NCBI GenBank assembly: GCA_000388065.2
Contig: KB932201.1
Source: Fonticula alba ATCC 38817
Lineage: Eukaryota; Protista; Nucleariida
Strand: one strand, 5' to 3'
Length of the DNA: 64,000 nucleotides
The notes beneath the pieces were generated by a model. That model saw only the letters and a program-made list of their open reading frames with translations. It ran no database searches and was not told where the DNA came from. How positions within the stretch are numbered: the stretch's first letter is position 1; each line of letters begins with the position of its first letter. A program made the translations under genes and the position numbers. This document shows positions 20,630 to 33,403 of this stretch, one piece after another.

Positions 20630-23105
20630 ATCCTTCCCCTCCTTCCGGTCGTCAATGTCCTCGCCGCCAATCCTCCAGTCGGATCTGGGTGGCTTCCTGT
20701 CCGGCGGGCGCCCCGGGGGTGTTGGTGGCTTCGGCGCCGGCGCTGAGGACTGCGCCTCTGTGGCTGGCAGTGTTGCCTCCTCCTCGTCGACCACGGCCGA
20801 AGACACGTACATTCAGAATCTCTTCGCCACCCTGGACCCGGAGGGCACCGGGGCCATTTCCCGGCGGACGCTGGAGAGCATCACCCGCGAGGCCGGGCTC
20901 GACCCCGTGCGGTTGACCCCCCTTCGGGAGCAGCTGGATCAGCTCTGTGACCCGGGCGGTGATAGCGTGCGTCGTGGCTCTGCCCCCCCCCCCCCCCCGC
21001 GATCCTGGCTCCCGGCCTGGCTCCCCCTCTCTCTCTCGTCATCCCCTCTCGGTCTCCTTTTTCTCGCTCCCTCCCTCTCGGCCTCTATCCCTCTCGCCCC
21101 CCCCCCCCCCCTGCCCCCCTTCCACTTGTTCGCCTGCCCCTTGGCTCGACTGACATCGCCTCCACCCCTGCTTGCTCTTCTCCTCCCCACCCCTGTGACT
21201 GGGCGGTACCTCATGCAGGTGGACTATGACACCTTCTATGACCTGATGACGGCACCGGAGCACGCCGGGTCCATCCTGCGCAAGACCATCGGCGGGCAGC
21301 TGGTGATTCCCTCCTTCACGGAGTTCTGCCAGGAGCTGGTGGACATCTTCGAGTCGGTGCGCATGATGAACACCGGCCAGCGGGCCAGCTACATTCCGGA
21401 GCTCAGCCGGGTCCCGTCGCAGCGCTTCGGCATCGCCGTTTGCACGGTCGACGGCCAGGTCTTCGAGTATGGCGATGCCTCGGACACCCGCGGGACCACA
21501 TGCATGCAGGCCACCTGCACGCCGTTTTCCTATGCACTGGCCTTCGAGGAGGCCGGCCAGGAGAAGATCCTCAATCATGTCGGCCGCGAGCCAAGCGGCG
21601 CCGCCTTCAATGCCTTCATCCTAAATGCCGACGGCCTGCCGCACAATCCGATGATCAATGCCGGGGCCATTGTCACGGCCACCCTCATCAAGCCCGGCGA
21701 GTTGACCTCCACCCGCATGCAGCATGTGATGGACCGCTTCCAGTGCGTGCCCCGTCGTCTCGTGGCTTTTGCCGGCCGAGCCCAGCCAGGCCCTCCCTGC
21801 TGACCCCCTCCCCTCTTCTCCCCTCGGCCCGGTGGTCGTCATCGCCCATGCTCCCCCCCTCCCCCCCCTCCCCGCGCGCCTGTCCCGCGTCCTGCTCGTT
21901 TGCCTGCCTGGGCTGCCTCAATTTGCTGACTGATCCGCTTTCCTTGCCTTTGCGGCACCGGGCCGGTGCCAGGAAAATGGCCGGCGGCATGCCGCTGAGT
22001 TTCTCCCAACCCGTGTACCTCTCGGAGTTGGAGACCGCACACCGCAACTTCGCCCTCGGGTATTTCATGAAAAGCCAGGGCGCCTACCCGAGCGACATGA
22101 ATGTCGAGGAGGCATTGGACTTCTACTTCCAGCTTTGCTCGCTCGAGGTGACCTGCGAGCAGCTGGCCATCATGACGGCCACCCTGGCCAACCGGGGCGT
22201 GTGCCCGCTTTCGGAGGAGTACGTGTGCCCGTGCTTTCCGGCCGCGCCCTTTTCCTCCATCGCCCCCCCCCCCCCTGCCCCCTTTTGTGGGCCACCTTTG
22301 TGCGCCGGATCTAACGTGCACCGTCGGGCTGGGGCATTGTCCTCCCCTTGGGCCTTCCTCAAACAGGGTCTGCTTCTCGCTGGAGGCGGCCAAATCCACC
22401 ATCCAGCTGATGTACTCGTGTGGCATGAATGAGTCTTCCGGCGAGTGGGCCTGCACCATCGGCCTGCCGGCCAAGTCCGGCGTCTCCGGCTGCATCATCC
22501 TGTGCATCCCCAATGTCCTGGGCTTGGCCATCTGGTCGCCGAACATCGACGAGTGCGGCAACTCCGTACGCGGGACCAAGTTCTCGCGCGAGCTGTGTGA
22601 CCGCTTCTCCCTGAACATCTTCGACCAGCTGATCGGCACCACGTCGCACATTGACCCCACCCTGCCGATCAACTACGCCGAGGGGGGCCCCAGCGCGCCG
22701 AATGCCTCTCTCGGGCGTTCCGGACGGCATGGGCTCCATGGGGCCGGTGTTGGTGGCATCCAGGGCGGAAGTTTCATCGGACCCAGCTTCGGCGGCGGCG
22801 GCGGCAGCGGCGGCGGTGGGTCGGCGGCTCTCCTGTCGCCGGGGCGCGAGTCGGGCCCGGACATGGGCACCGCCCCGGCGATGTCGGCCGGGCGGGTGTC
22901 CACCGGGCCCGGCCTAAGTGGCGTGACCAGCACCGCCCACGACCCGTCCCTCTTCACGCCCACCCGAATGTCCGAGGCGCCACTGTCGCTGAAGAAGCTT
23001 CACAGCCGCGAGGCCGCCGGCCCACGCGTGGCCCAGCTCATCAACAAGCAGCAGCACCAGGAGCTGCAGCACAAGCGCCACCAGCTGGTCTATCGGAACC
23101 AATGA
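20472..23105 (+). CDS. GLS: Glutaminase-like protein of the animal GLS type with an EF-hand-like N-terminal domain; predicted catalytically inactive; exons 20472-20966, 21219-21742, 21973-22218, 22367-23105
   Basis: QLVIPSFTEF..GQRASYIPELSRV..FGIAVCTVDGQ..VGREPSG..PHNPMINAGAI..KMAGG..SELETAHRNFALGYFMK..ALDFYFQLCSLE..ATLANRGVCPLS..LMYSCGM..IGLPAKSGVSG..GLAIWSPNIDECGNSVRG. All three introns are GT-AG with compatible phases. The SxxK motif reads ATCT and SCGMY reads SCGMN. No C-terminal ankyrin repeats. Confidence 0.92.
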
Positions 23106-23517
23106 TGCTGCTGGGCACTGGTGCACCTGGGTGTGTCTGCGTGCATGTGCGCGCGCGTGTGTGTGTGTCTGCTTGCTTGCTTGCTTGCGGGCGCATGCGT
23201 GCCTTTGTCCCCCTCCCCCAGCTTGTGCCCGTATCATTTGCCCCTTACTGCTGCGGGGGCGGGGGGAGAGGGAAATACACTTGCGATAGATGCGTGTTGC
23301 CAGTCGAGGTTGCGTATGCGTGCGCCCGGGCGGTGACTTGCTTGTTTTGTATATTTTCGAAGCCCGGCGCCGCACTCGAGAGGGAGGCAGGGGAGTGCTT
23401 GGCCTTCGAACACACGCCGTGACTCGGCATGTGGGAATGTGTGGGCCGGCGGGCGGGCGGGCGGGCGGGCGGGCGGGCGCTTGTGTGCGGGGTTGAGCAC
23501 AGACGCCGGCGGCCCTG

Positions 23518-24534
23518 TCAGGTAATGATGAAGGGCTGCACCACGCGGCGGACGTGGGCCACAAACTTCTGGTTTCCCTCCAGCGATCCGGGCGGCTGAT
23601 CGTCAAAGGCATGCATCTGGCCCTGCGACAAGGACTGCAGATAGCCGGTCAGGTCATTGGGGATGTGGGTGTTGGCCACGGCGATGAAGGCCGAGTAGAC
23701 ACCGGCCATGATGCGCGCCATGGATTCATCGTCCAGCTGGATGGCCGCCGTGGCAGCCGGAGGGGCGGCGACATTGCCGGAGCCGGGAGCCCCGGGCGCG
23801 CCTGGGACCGTTCCCGACGGGGTATTGGTGCTGGCGCGCAGGCGGAAGGCACCACCGATGGAGCTGGCCCCCAGGCTCGAGGAGGCCGGTGCCTGGACCA
23901 GAGCCACCACTTGCGTCCGGGTGGCCGAGAGGAAGCCATATGCGTGGATCTCGGCGGGAAGGCCGACGCTCGGGCTCTCCGGTGCCGGCGGCGCGCCGGA
24001 GCCACCGAAGTCGGAGACCGACAGAAGCGATTTCCCGGACGGAAAGGAAGCCAGCAGACCGAGGAAAGGCCTGTCCGAGATCATGGCTGTTTGGGGTGGG
24101 TTTCGCCATCAAAGCGGGCGCGTGTGAGAGGCAGGAGGAGAGAAGAGCGGGGGGGGGGGGAGGAAGGGAGCCAGGAAGGGAGGGTGTCCATCAAGGGGAG
24201 CACGAACCGCGCTCGAGGATGCTATCTAGGCAGGCGTGGAAGATGTACTGGTACTCGAGAGAAACCTCCGAGTCACCGAGGAGAATCTGTCCGGCAGCCG
24301 GGGCTGGAGATCCGACACGCGCACCCCCTTGGGGAAAGGCCGCATAGAAGAGGGGGATATTCTTCGAGACACGATGGCAGGGGGGGGGGGGGGGCGGGGA
24401 GGGTCAGCGTACAGGTGTTGGGTGTGATGGGCCCAGGGGGGGGAGCAGGAAGACGAAAGGAAGGCAGGCCGCACGGAAGAGTTGAAAATAGCCAAGGCGA
24501 CGAGGCGCGGCACGGCCGGGGAGGCTGGGGACAT
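23518..24534 (-). CDS. TRAPPC2L: TRAPP complex subunit 2-like (sedlin/longin family); exons 24534-24475, 24361-24208, 24086-23518
   Basis: Spliced product RLVALAIFNSSNIPLFY..SLEYQYIFHACLDSILER..RPFLGLL..IHAYGFLSATRTQVVALV..MARIMAGVYSAF matches TRAPPC2L/Tca17 motifs (CIAVIAKENYPLY, FHYMVHTSLDVVDEK, YLGLLY, VYGYVTNSKVKF). Confidence 0.8.
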
Positions 24535-24954
24535 GTCGCGTATGTGGGGGCGGGGAGACGGGGCGACGGGGGGCGGGGGGCGGGGGACAGGGGGGAAAAC
24601 GGAGGAGGTGGGGAGAGTGTGAAGCCCGGAGCAGTTCTCCGCGGCGGGGGTTGGTGGCCGAAAAAAAAAAAAAAACAGCGGCAGGAGACAGCACCATGTC
24701 GGGGGGTGATCGAACTCGGATGGGTTGGCAGATGCCGCCCGGGGAGACATGCGATCTACGGGAGGGCAAAGGTTTTTGAGCCATGCTGAAGCGCCACCAG
24801 GCGCTTCCCAGGCCGCGGAAAGCGAGGCCTTTCCCAGCCCGCCCCTCTCCCCCCTGTGCCTCCCTTTGCCCCCTCCCTTTGCCCCCTCCCCCCTCGCCGT
24901 TTGCGCTCTCCTCATCGCACTGCGTGCCGCCTGACTGGGGCCCTTCCCAGCTGG
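24535..24954. promoter_or_regulatory. Short divergent intergenic region, putative bidirectional promoter for TRAPPC2L and the FANCL-like gene
   Basis: Two predicted start codons face away from each other about 420 bp apart. Inferred from gene arrangement only. Confidence 0.4.
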
Positions 24955-27322
24955 ATGTCCCCCGGCTGGACTGGCCGGCGGCTGCCGCCGCTGACCACGC
25001 AGCGTGTTCGCCGGCGGCGGATCTCCGCCCGTCATACGCGACTGCTCGTAGCAGCCGAGGGCCTGACCGAGAGGTACGGCCTCCTGCCGGACGACATTCC
25101 GCCTGGATTCTACGGCCCGGTGCGTGTGTTGCCCTTCGCTCCGCCCTCTCCCGGCCATCCGACTCACCGCATGGGCCTTCTCGCACCCAGGGTATCTTCG
25201 CTCTGGACCTGGTGCTGTCCGATGGATCGGGGGTGATCTTCCGGCCGGAGCCGGCCCTACGCCACCTGCTGGTGCTGCTGCAATTCCCGGCCAGGCCCGG
25301 TGAGCCGCATCTCGCGGCGTTGGCGCGGCTGCTGGATGCGCTGCTCGTGCCGGAGCACCTGTCCCAGTCTCTGCGGGTACGCGCCGCGCGGCAGCACATG
25401 GTGCCACCTGGGGCCGTCTGCCCTCGTTGCTAACGTCAGCCATGTAACTTGCCGCCCGGGCTCTAGGACGTGTCTCGGCGAAGGCACACGCTCAGGGCGC
25501 TGACTTCTCTTCCGGCCCTGCCGGGCATATTGCAAGAATTGCCGTCCGCCCGCGAATCCGCGCCCAGCGGGGACACGCCATTCACCCGGTGGCCGGGGCT
25601 CGGCCGCGTGACGGCCCTCTCCCCGGATGTCGACACCTTCACGATTGCGGCGTACGGACGTCTGCCCGTGGGCCTCGCGGGACTTGGCTGCGGTTGCCCG
25701 AGCGAAATCCTGCTCGAAGTCCCGGTCCGCGTGCGCGTCATTCCCCCCGGTGACAATCCCTTCGGTGGTGCCGCCCCGCAGGTGCGCATCTCGTGCGGCC
25801 GCTTGTGTCCCTTGTGCGGGGTCTTCCCAGCTGACCCGGAGCCAATCAGTTCGAGCTTGACATGGGGGCCCTCCGGCGGCTGGGGATATCGGAGCAGCCG
25901 GGGGGCTCGCCGCGCCTGGACAGCCCGGCTGCCGTGCTAAACCTGGTCGAGGCCCTGCTTGCCCAGCACGCGGCGCGCCTCGGGGATGTTCTTTCGCTTG
26001 GTCTCCATTTCGAGCGGTCTCGATGGCCGGGGACGCTGCCCCCGGGGCCGGTGGCCGTCATCCCGGTCGAGCGACTCCGGCACCTGTCGCCGGCACAGCG
26101 GCTGCTTTTGGCCCCGGGGGCCTGCATCGGGCTGTACTGGCTGGCGCTGGCAGAGGCCGGGGGCTCGGCGGCCGCCAATGCGCCAGCAGGTCGCCCGGCC
26201 CCAGCCACGGGGCCTTTGGACTTGGACTCTCTCCTGGATGAATTTTTCACGCCAAATAGCCAATCCCCGCTGGGTGGGCTGGCGGCCGCGCTGGCGGACA
26301 CGCCCATGCCGGTGCACCCGCCTGGCCCCGTCGCCACCCTTCTCAATGTGCCGGTGGGGGGGCTGCTGCTGGACGGCCGGGCGGCCTTCCTCGCGCAGGC
26401 TCCGGATGACAGCGCACCGGTGGCCGTGGTGGCCGACGGCGCCGAGCCTCCGGCCCTGGCCGATCGCCGGATTCCCGCGCCGGCCGACCGGCCGGTGCTT
26501 GTGTCGGAGTCTTCGGTCTCCGGGCGACGGCTGGTGGCGGACCTCTTGGATCCCGGGGGATCGGCGCCGGCCCCGTCGCTGGTCGGGACGCCGTGCCACC
26601 GGTGCGGCCAGCTGCGCCAGGCTCTGGCGGCCCCTTCGGAAGGCTCGAGCCCTGCACGAAGTGCCCTCGGGCCGGTGCTGGGGCTGTTGACCCAGGCAAA
26701 GGCGCTGAGCGACGTGCGCTTGAGTCCGGGCATCTGGAAAGACGCCCCCCAGGGCGAGCTAGATTGCCACCTTTGTCAGAGATACTGGCATCTGGAGGAT
26801 GGTGCTGCGACGAGGGCCGCTGAGGCCGGGGCGGGGTCTCGGCCATGGCCGGACAGGAACCAGCGTCCGGGCGATCGGGTGCCCACGCCGCCGTCCGCCG
26901 GCGGCCATAGTGAGCACGAATTTCCCTTCCTCCCGCGGGAGAACGACAGCGAGGAGGACATCTTCCTTTCGCAGGAGGTCAGTGCCGGGGCCCACCCGAG
27001 CCAAAAGCTAGCCAGCCAGGGTGGCCCGCCATCTCGGGTCGGCGACTCGCCCGGTCCGACTGACTCGACGGCCCCCCTCCAAGTGGCCAACTTCCCGGCC
27101 ATCACTTGCGGCTGCGGGCGACGCTATCACCGGGCCTGCCTCCTTGAGATGTCGACCGGGCGGCCCACCGCGCGTGCCCACTCCCGGGACCCCTTCTCGC
27201 TGGATCTTGTGCCGAACGACGAGCTGAGCGACCGCGACCGGATCAGGGTCGAGTGCCCGCGCTGCTTCGAGGCCCTGGCGCTGGGCGCATCGGACGGCTG
27301 TCACCGCTCCGCCGCCCTTTGA
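24955..27322 (+). CDS. FANCL: FANCL-like RING E3 ubiquitin ligase; exons approx. 24955-25119, 25191-25376, 25467-25781, 25850-27322 (start uncertain)
   Basis: The C-terminal C4HC3 RING reads DCHLCQRYWHLEDG...ITCGCGRRYHRACLLEM...RIRVECPRC (cf. FANCL DCGICYAYQLDG..VCDNSQCGQPFHQICLYEW..FGECPYC). Upstream blocks resemble the ELF/DRWD regions (ERYGLLP..FALDLVL..ALRHLL; SPDVDTFTIAAY..APQFELD). Introns are GT-AG with CTAAC/CTGAC branch points. Confidence 0.62.
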
Positions 27323-27552
27323 CTTGGCTTCTCCCGTGCCTCCCCCCCCCCCCCCCCCCCCCACCGCCCCTGCTGTCCGCCCAGGCCTCGGTTCTTGATG
27401 CTCGGAAAGATCTATTGCCAGGAGGCATGTACAAGGGCCATGTGCCTGGCTATTTTTGTACAGCTTCTTGCTTCTTCCTTCCCTCGGCCGGTTGGCTGTC
27501 CCTTGCCCCTCGCCCCCCCCCTCTCTCTCTCTCTCTTGCCCGGCTCCAACTC

Positions 27553-28652
27553 TCACAGACATGCGGGAGCCACATGCAAGCGGATCAAGTGCACCCCGTG
27601 GCGCTGGAAATGCTGGACAAGTTCGTGCTCTCGCTCGGGGCTCGGACCTGGCCAGATACCTCCGCCGCTGGAGGCGTCATCCGGCCGGGGGGCGATGACA
27701 ACCCCCCCGCCGGAGCCGCAGAAGGCCGCCGCGCAGCCGGCCTCCGCGGCAAGCGACACCAGGCGCAAGTTGAGGATGTCATTGGAGTGGGCATTGGCCG
27801 GGTCACGAATGTCTGCCTCGGATAGATGCCCGAAGAAGACCTCCCGGCGGATTTGGTGACACTCATCGAGCACCATGCAGAAGGCGGCCAGATCGTGCTT
27901 TTTTTTTCTCGCCGTGTCAGCGCTGCGTCCCCTTCCTGGGCCCCCTGCCGCTTGTTCCTCTCCCCGGCGGCCTGGCACTTTTCCTTGCCCCCGCAAAATG
28001 TAGATTCATAGAGTGCCTCGGCCGGATGCGCCAGCCCGCGTGGCATGCCCACCACCCACCCCGCGCGTCACGTACCTTGGCGAGGGCGTCGACAGCGCGC
28101 TGGGCAAGGTCCGCCAGTCGGGCCATCCGGTCTCTCACCAGCGTCGAGCCGCTGGTGTGCCTGGCGCGAACGGTCCGGTGTGCATCGCCCGAGCTTCCGG
28201 CCCCGGCCGGTTCGGTTCGATGTGCCAGGTATAGCGTCCCGGGGAGCATGCCTGGGGGCAATTGCCCCGAGCGGATGGCCGAGTCGCACAGACACCCAGC
28301 CAGCGGGTGGGCGCATGGGCGGGCCAGCGAGCGAGCGAGCGAGCGAGCCACATGCAAAGGGGGTGGGGAAGGGCGCGGGGGCGAGGGGGTCAGCTGTCCA
28401 GGCACTCTCACTCGGAGGGGTCAAAAGCCACGGCCTCAGGAGACGCCGGCTGGGCATCCGACATACCCTTGGGGCAGCCGGCGGGCCGGGTGATTAGCGG
28501 CCGGGCCCCGGCAAAGTCCATGACAACAAGGCCGCCATGATGCTGAATCAGGCGGTCCTGCGGCCCGGCCACGATGCCCAGGTCCTCCGTCTCGACGGCC
28601 AAAATTTCGAACGGGATCTGAATGCAACGGGATTATGTGCATGCGTGCATGG

Positions 28653-28685
<33 letters not shown>

Positions 28686-29762
28686 AGAGAGAGATCCTTT
28701 GCGAAGGCGGTATCTTGCGGCTTTGTCATCCGGCAGGGCGAGACCTGCGGCGATGCCTGCCTGTCGTGGGGTAGTCGAACATACCTGCTCCTCGCCCCCG
28801 CAGAGGGTCGCCAGGGAAACACGGTGCAAACTGGCCAGAGCTCGCCAGCACGCGGCGATCAGGGCACTCGAGCCGCTGAGCCCGCAGCTGCGCGGGATCG
28901 TCGTCGAATAGGATAGCCCCAGGCCTCGGACCGACCGACCAGCCACCGATACACCGGCCCGGGTGGCCAGGGCGTGGAAACGGCCGACCGCCGCCTCCAT
29001 CAGGCGCATGCCACTGCCAAACTCGACTCCCTCATGCGAGTCGTGCACCGAATGCGGCAGAAGGGCGATGCCGGCCACCTGCCGGAGGTGTTGGAGCTCT
29101 GGCGGACCAGGCCGGGACGCGTGGTTAGCGGCCATTGTCTTGCGGGGGATGGCAGCCTGCAGGGTGGCCAGCGCGGAGAAGGGAGGGCGTGTGAAGGGGC
29201 GAAGGGCGGCCGGATGCAGAGGCCTCAAGGGAGGGAGGTGGGACGAGGGGACCGGGGCGCCGCTGGGCGTGGCGAAGGGCGAGCAAGCGGCACATGGCCA
29301 GGGCGAAAGACCGGCCGACAAGGCCAATGCATGCGGCATGAAACGCACCAGCCTCCGGGCGCTCGGCAATGCACACCTCCGCATAGTAGTTTGCCACCGC
29401 CGCGCCGACCACCCGGCCGGCATACGCGTCCGAGGGGTTCCCGGCCAGCGCAGCCCGAGCAAAGCACCGCCCGGCATGGTGCTCTTGCTCGATGGCGGCC
29501 CTGACTCCCCCCAGAAGGCCGGGGACACATGGGCACAGCCGTCAGTTTCGCATCTCGGGCCACGCGTGTGCACATGCAAAGAATGCGAGCCATCCCCGCC
29601 GTGAGGAGGAGGGAGGGGGGGGCGGGGGGCGCTCCGCAAGGGGGACCGCATACCGATACTCGGCCAAGTTGCCCACATCCATTCGCCGGCGGATGGGGAA
29701 AGCCAGGGCCAAAGAACACCTGTCCAGGAAGATGTGTCAGATCATGCACACGGGCGCGCGCG

Positions 29763-29808
<46 letters not shown>

Positions 29809-31151
29809 CGCATATAGGTCGGTGGGTCAGACTCCGCCAAAAGGGAAACGTCCGAGGCGGGAGAAAGGAGCACGCACTTGGCCAAATGGGAAATCAGATG
29901 CCCCGGGGCATCCATGTTGACTGTGGGGTCGGTGGCGCCGCGCTGGGAAAAGTGAAAAGAAGATCGCCGCCAAGGGCATGCATGGATGGTGAGCTGGCCT
30001 GGGGCCCTGTGTGGGGGGAGGAAAAAAAAAAGAAGGGCAATGTGCTTGCAGGGGGGACAGCGCACAGCAATGTAGTCCAAAACATGCGGCCGCGCATCCC
30101 GAGTCAAGAGGTAGACCGCCGGACAGACAAAGCGCGAGGGGGCCAGCTCGGCCGATGCCGGCTTCTCGACCAAGTCCAGGACCCGACGTGGCGGGGCCTG
30201 GCCGGCGAAGGGCCGCCCGACTGGACCCCTGCCCGGGGCCGAGGGTGGCGGATCCTCATGAGCGGCGGCCCACCCGGCCGCCGGGTCCAAGTGAATGGGC
30301 AAGCCCGCGGGGTCGCCGGCGAAGTGCGCCGCCTCGGCCGACAGGGCCAAGATGCCCCGCTGGGTGGGGTCGTCCAGGGCCGGCAGCGGGTAGCAAAGGA
30401 GCCCCACATCGGCCGGGCGCCCGGCAAAGTGCCAGGCCCGGCGGAAACGCAGGAACTCCGCCAAGTCCAGGCCATCGGCCCGGTGGACCCACGAGTCGCC
30501 GGCCACCACCAGCAGATCGCACTCGCGCGGCAGCTGCCCCATGGCGAGCCCCAGCGAGCCGATGGCACCCAGGCGGGTGGCATTGCTGGTAGACCCGTCA
30601 CTGATGACCGAGAGGGTCATCGACCCGGGGCCATGGCCGCTGGCGTCGGCATCCGAGTCGCGGCAGTCGGCCAGGGCAAAGCGCTCCCGGGCGCCGGCAG
30701 CCCACGCCTCATAGAGGGCCAAGTGGGCGGCATTGGTCACCAGGACCACCTGGGAAATGCCCACATTGGCGGTGTGGTACCGTCCGGCGAGCCAGCTCAC
30801 ACCGGTGGGATTGAGCTCGCGGTTGCAATCCACCGCCGCCTGGACCCACGCATCGCAGAAGGAGTCCCGGGGGGCCGCCGCCGCGCGCCCGGGGTCCGGA
30901 GCCTCGGCCTCGGGCAGGGTGCTGGTGCTGCTGTCGCGCGAGCCGGCCCCCTCGGCCCCGGGCGGGGTGACGACACTCGAGGTCACCGGGCGCCGGAGAA
31001 CCGGCAGCAGGGGCTTGGGCAGGCGACGCACGGCATCCCACCGGGGGTCGGGGTCTTGCTCCAGGTCTCGGGCCAGGCGGGTTCCATACCCGGCGGCCAG
31101 GATCAGGAGCACCGTGCTGCGCCGAGCGGCAGAGTCATGGTCACCGGACAT
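27553..31151 (-). CDS. Bifunctional nucleotidyltransferase-glucuronokinase (GKUP-like fusion); exons 31151-30066, 29942-29878, 29719-29654, 29500-29349, 29098-28785, 28617-28467, 28251-28076, 27897-27553
   Basis: N-terminal NTP-transferase motifs: LILAAGYGTRL..LPKPLLPV, LLVVAGD, DAPGHLI, RMDVGNLAEY. C-terminal GHMP glucuronokinase motifs: FARAALAGNPSDAYAGR, GMRLMEA, YSTTIPRSCGLSGSSA, EDLGIVAGPQDRLIQHHGGLVVMDF, SGDAHRTVRAR, AAFCGSGGG. All seven introns are GT-AG, phases are compatible, and there is no stop between the domains. Confidence 0.88.
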
Positions 31152-31631
31152 GTTGAGAGCCGACAGCCGGGGGCCGAAAGGAGGTGGATGAGCAAGAGAA
31201 GGGAAATAGAGAGAGGGAGAGGGAGAGGGAGAGGGAGAGGGAGAAGGAGGGAGGGAGGGCACACAGGGCAGGTGGTGATGAGGGGAGACCGTGGAAATGG
31301 CCGGGGCCATGCGGGTGGCCGCCTTTAGAAGGGAGGCATTTCTTTGGCCAAGCCCCCACCCAGTGTCAGGGAACCTCCTGTGCGAAAAGCCCGGGGGGGC
31401 TGGGGGGGGGACTTGAGGGCGGGAAAACACTGAGCCGTGGAAAGACACACCCATCCGCGGATCGGAAAAACACACCCACAATGTGCACGCCACCCCGGGT
31501 TCGGTGGGAAGCCCCACCAAGCTGGCAAAAGCCCGCAATCAGGACACACCTGCCCACTAAGCGCGCCGTCATGTGAACGGCGCCCGGGAATCACGCGATT
31601 GCCTTCTATATTGGTGGCCGGACACATGCGC

Positions 31632-33403
<1,772 letters not shown>

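Noticed and set aside
27385-27825. Apparent + strand exons (ASVLDARKDLLPGG; TCGSHMQADQVHPVALEMLDKFVL...)
   Set aside because: Mostly antisense to the last exon of the glucuronokinase gene, whose minus-strand frame carries the conserved GSGGG motif.
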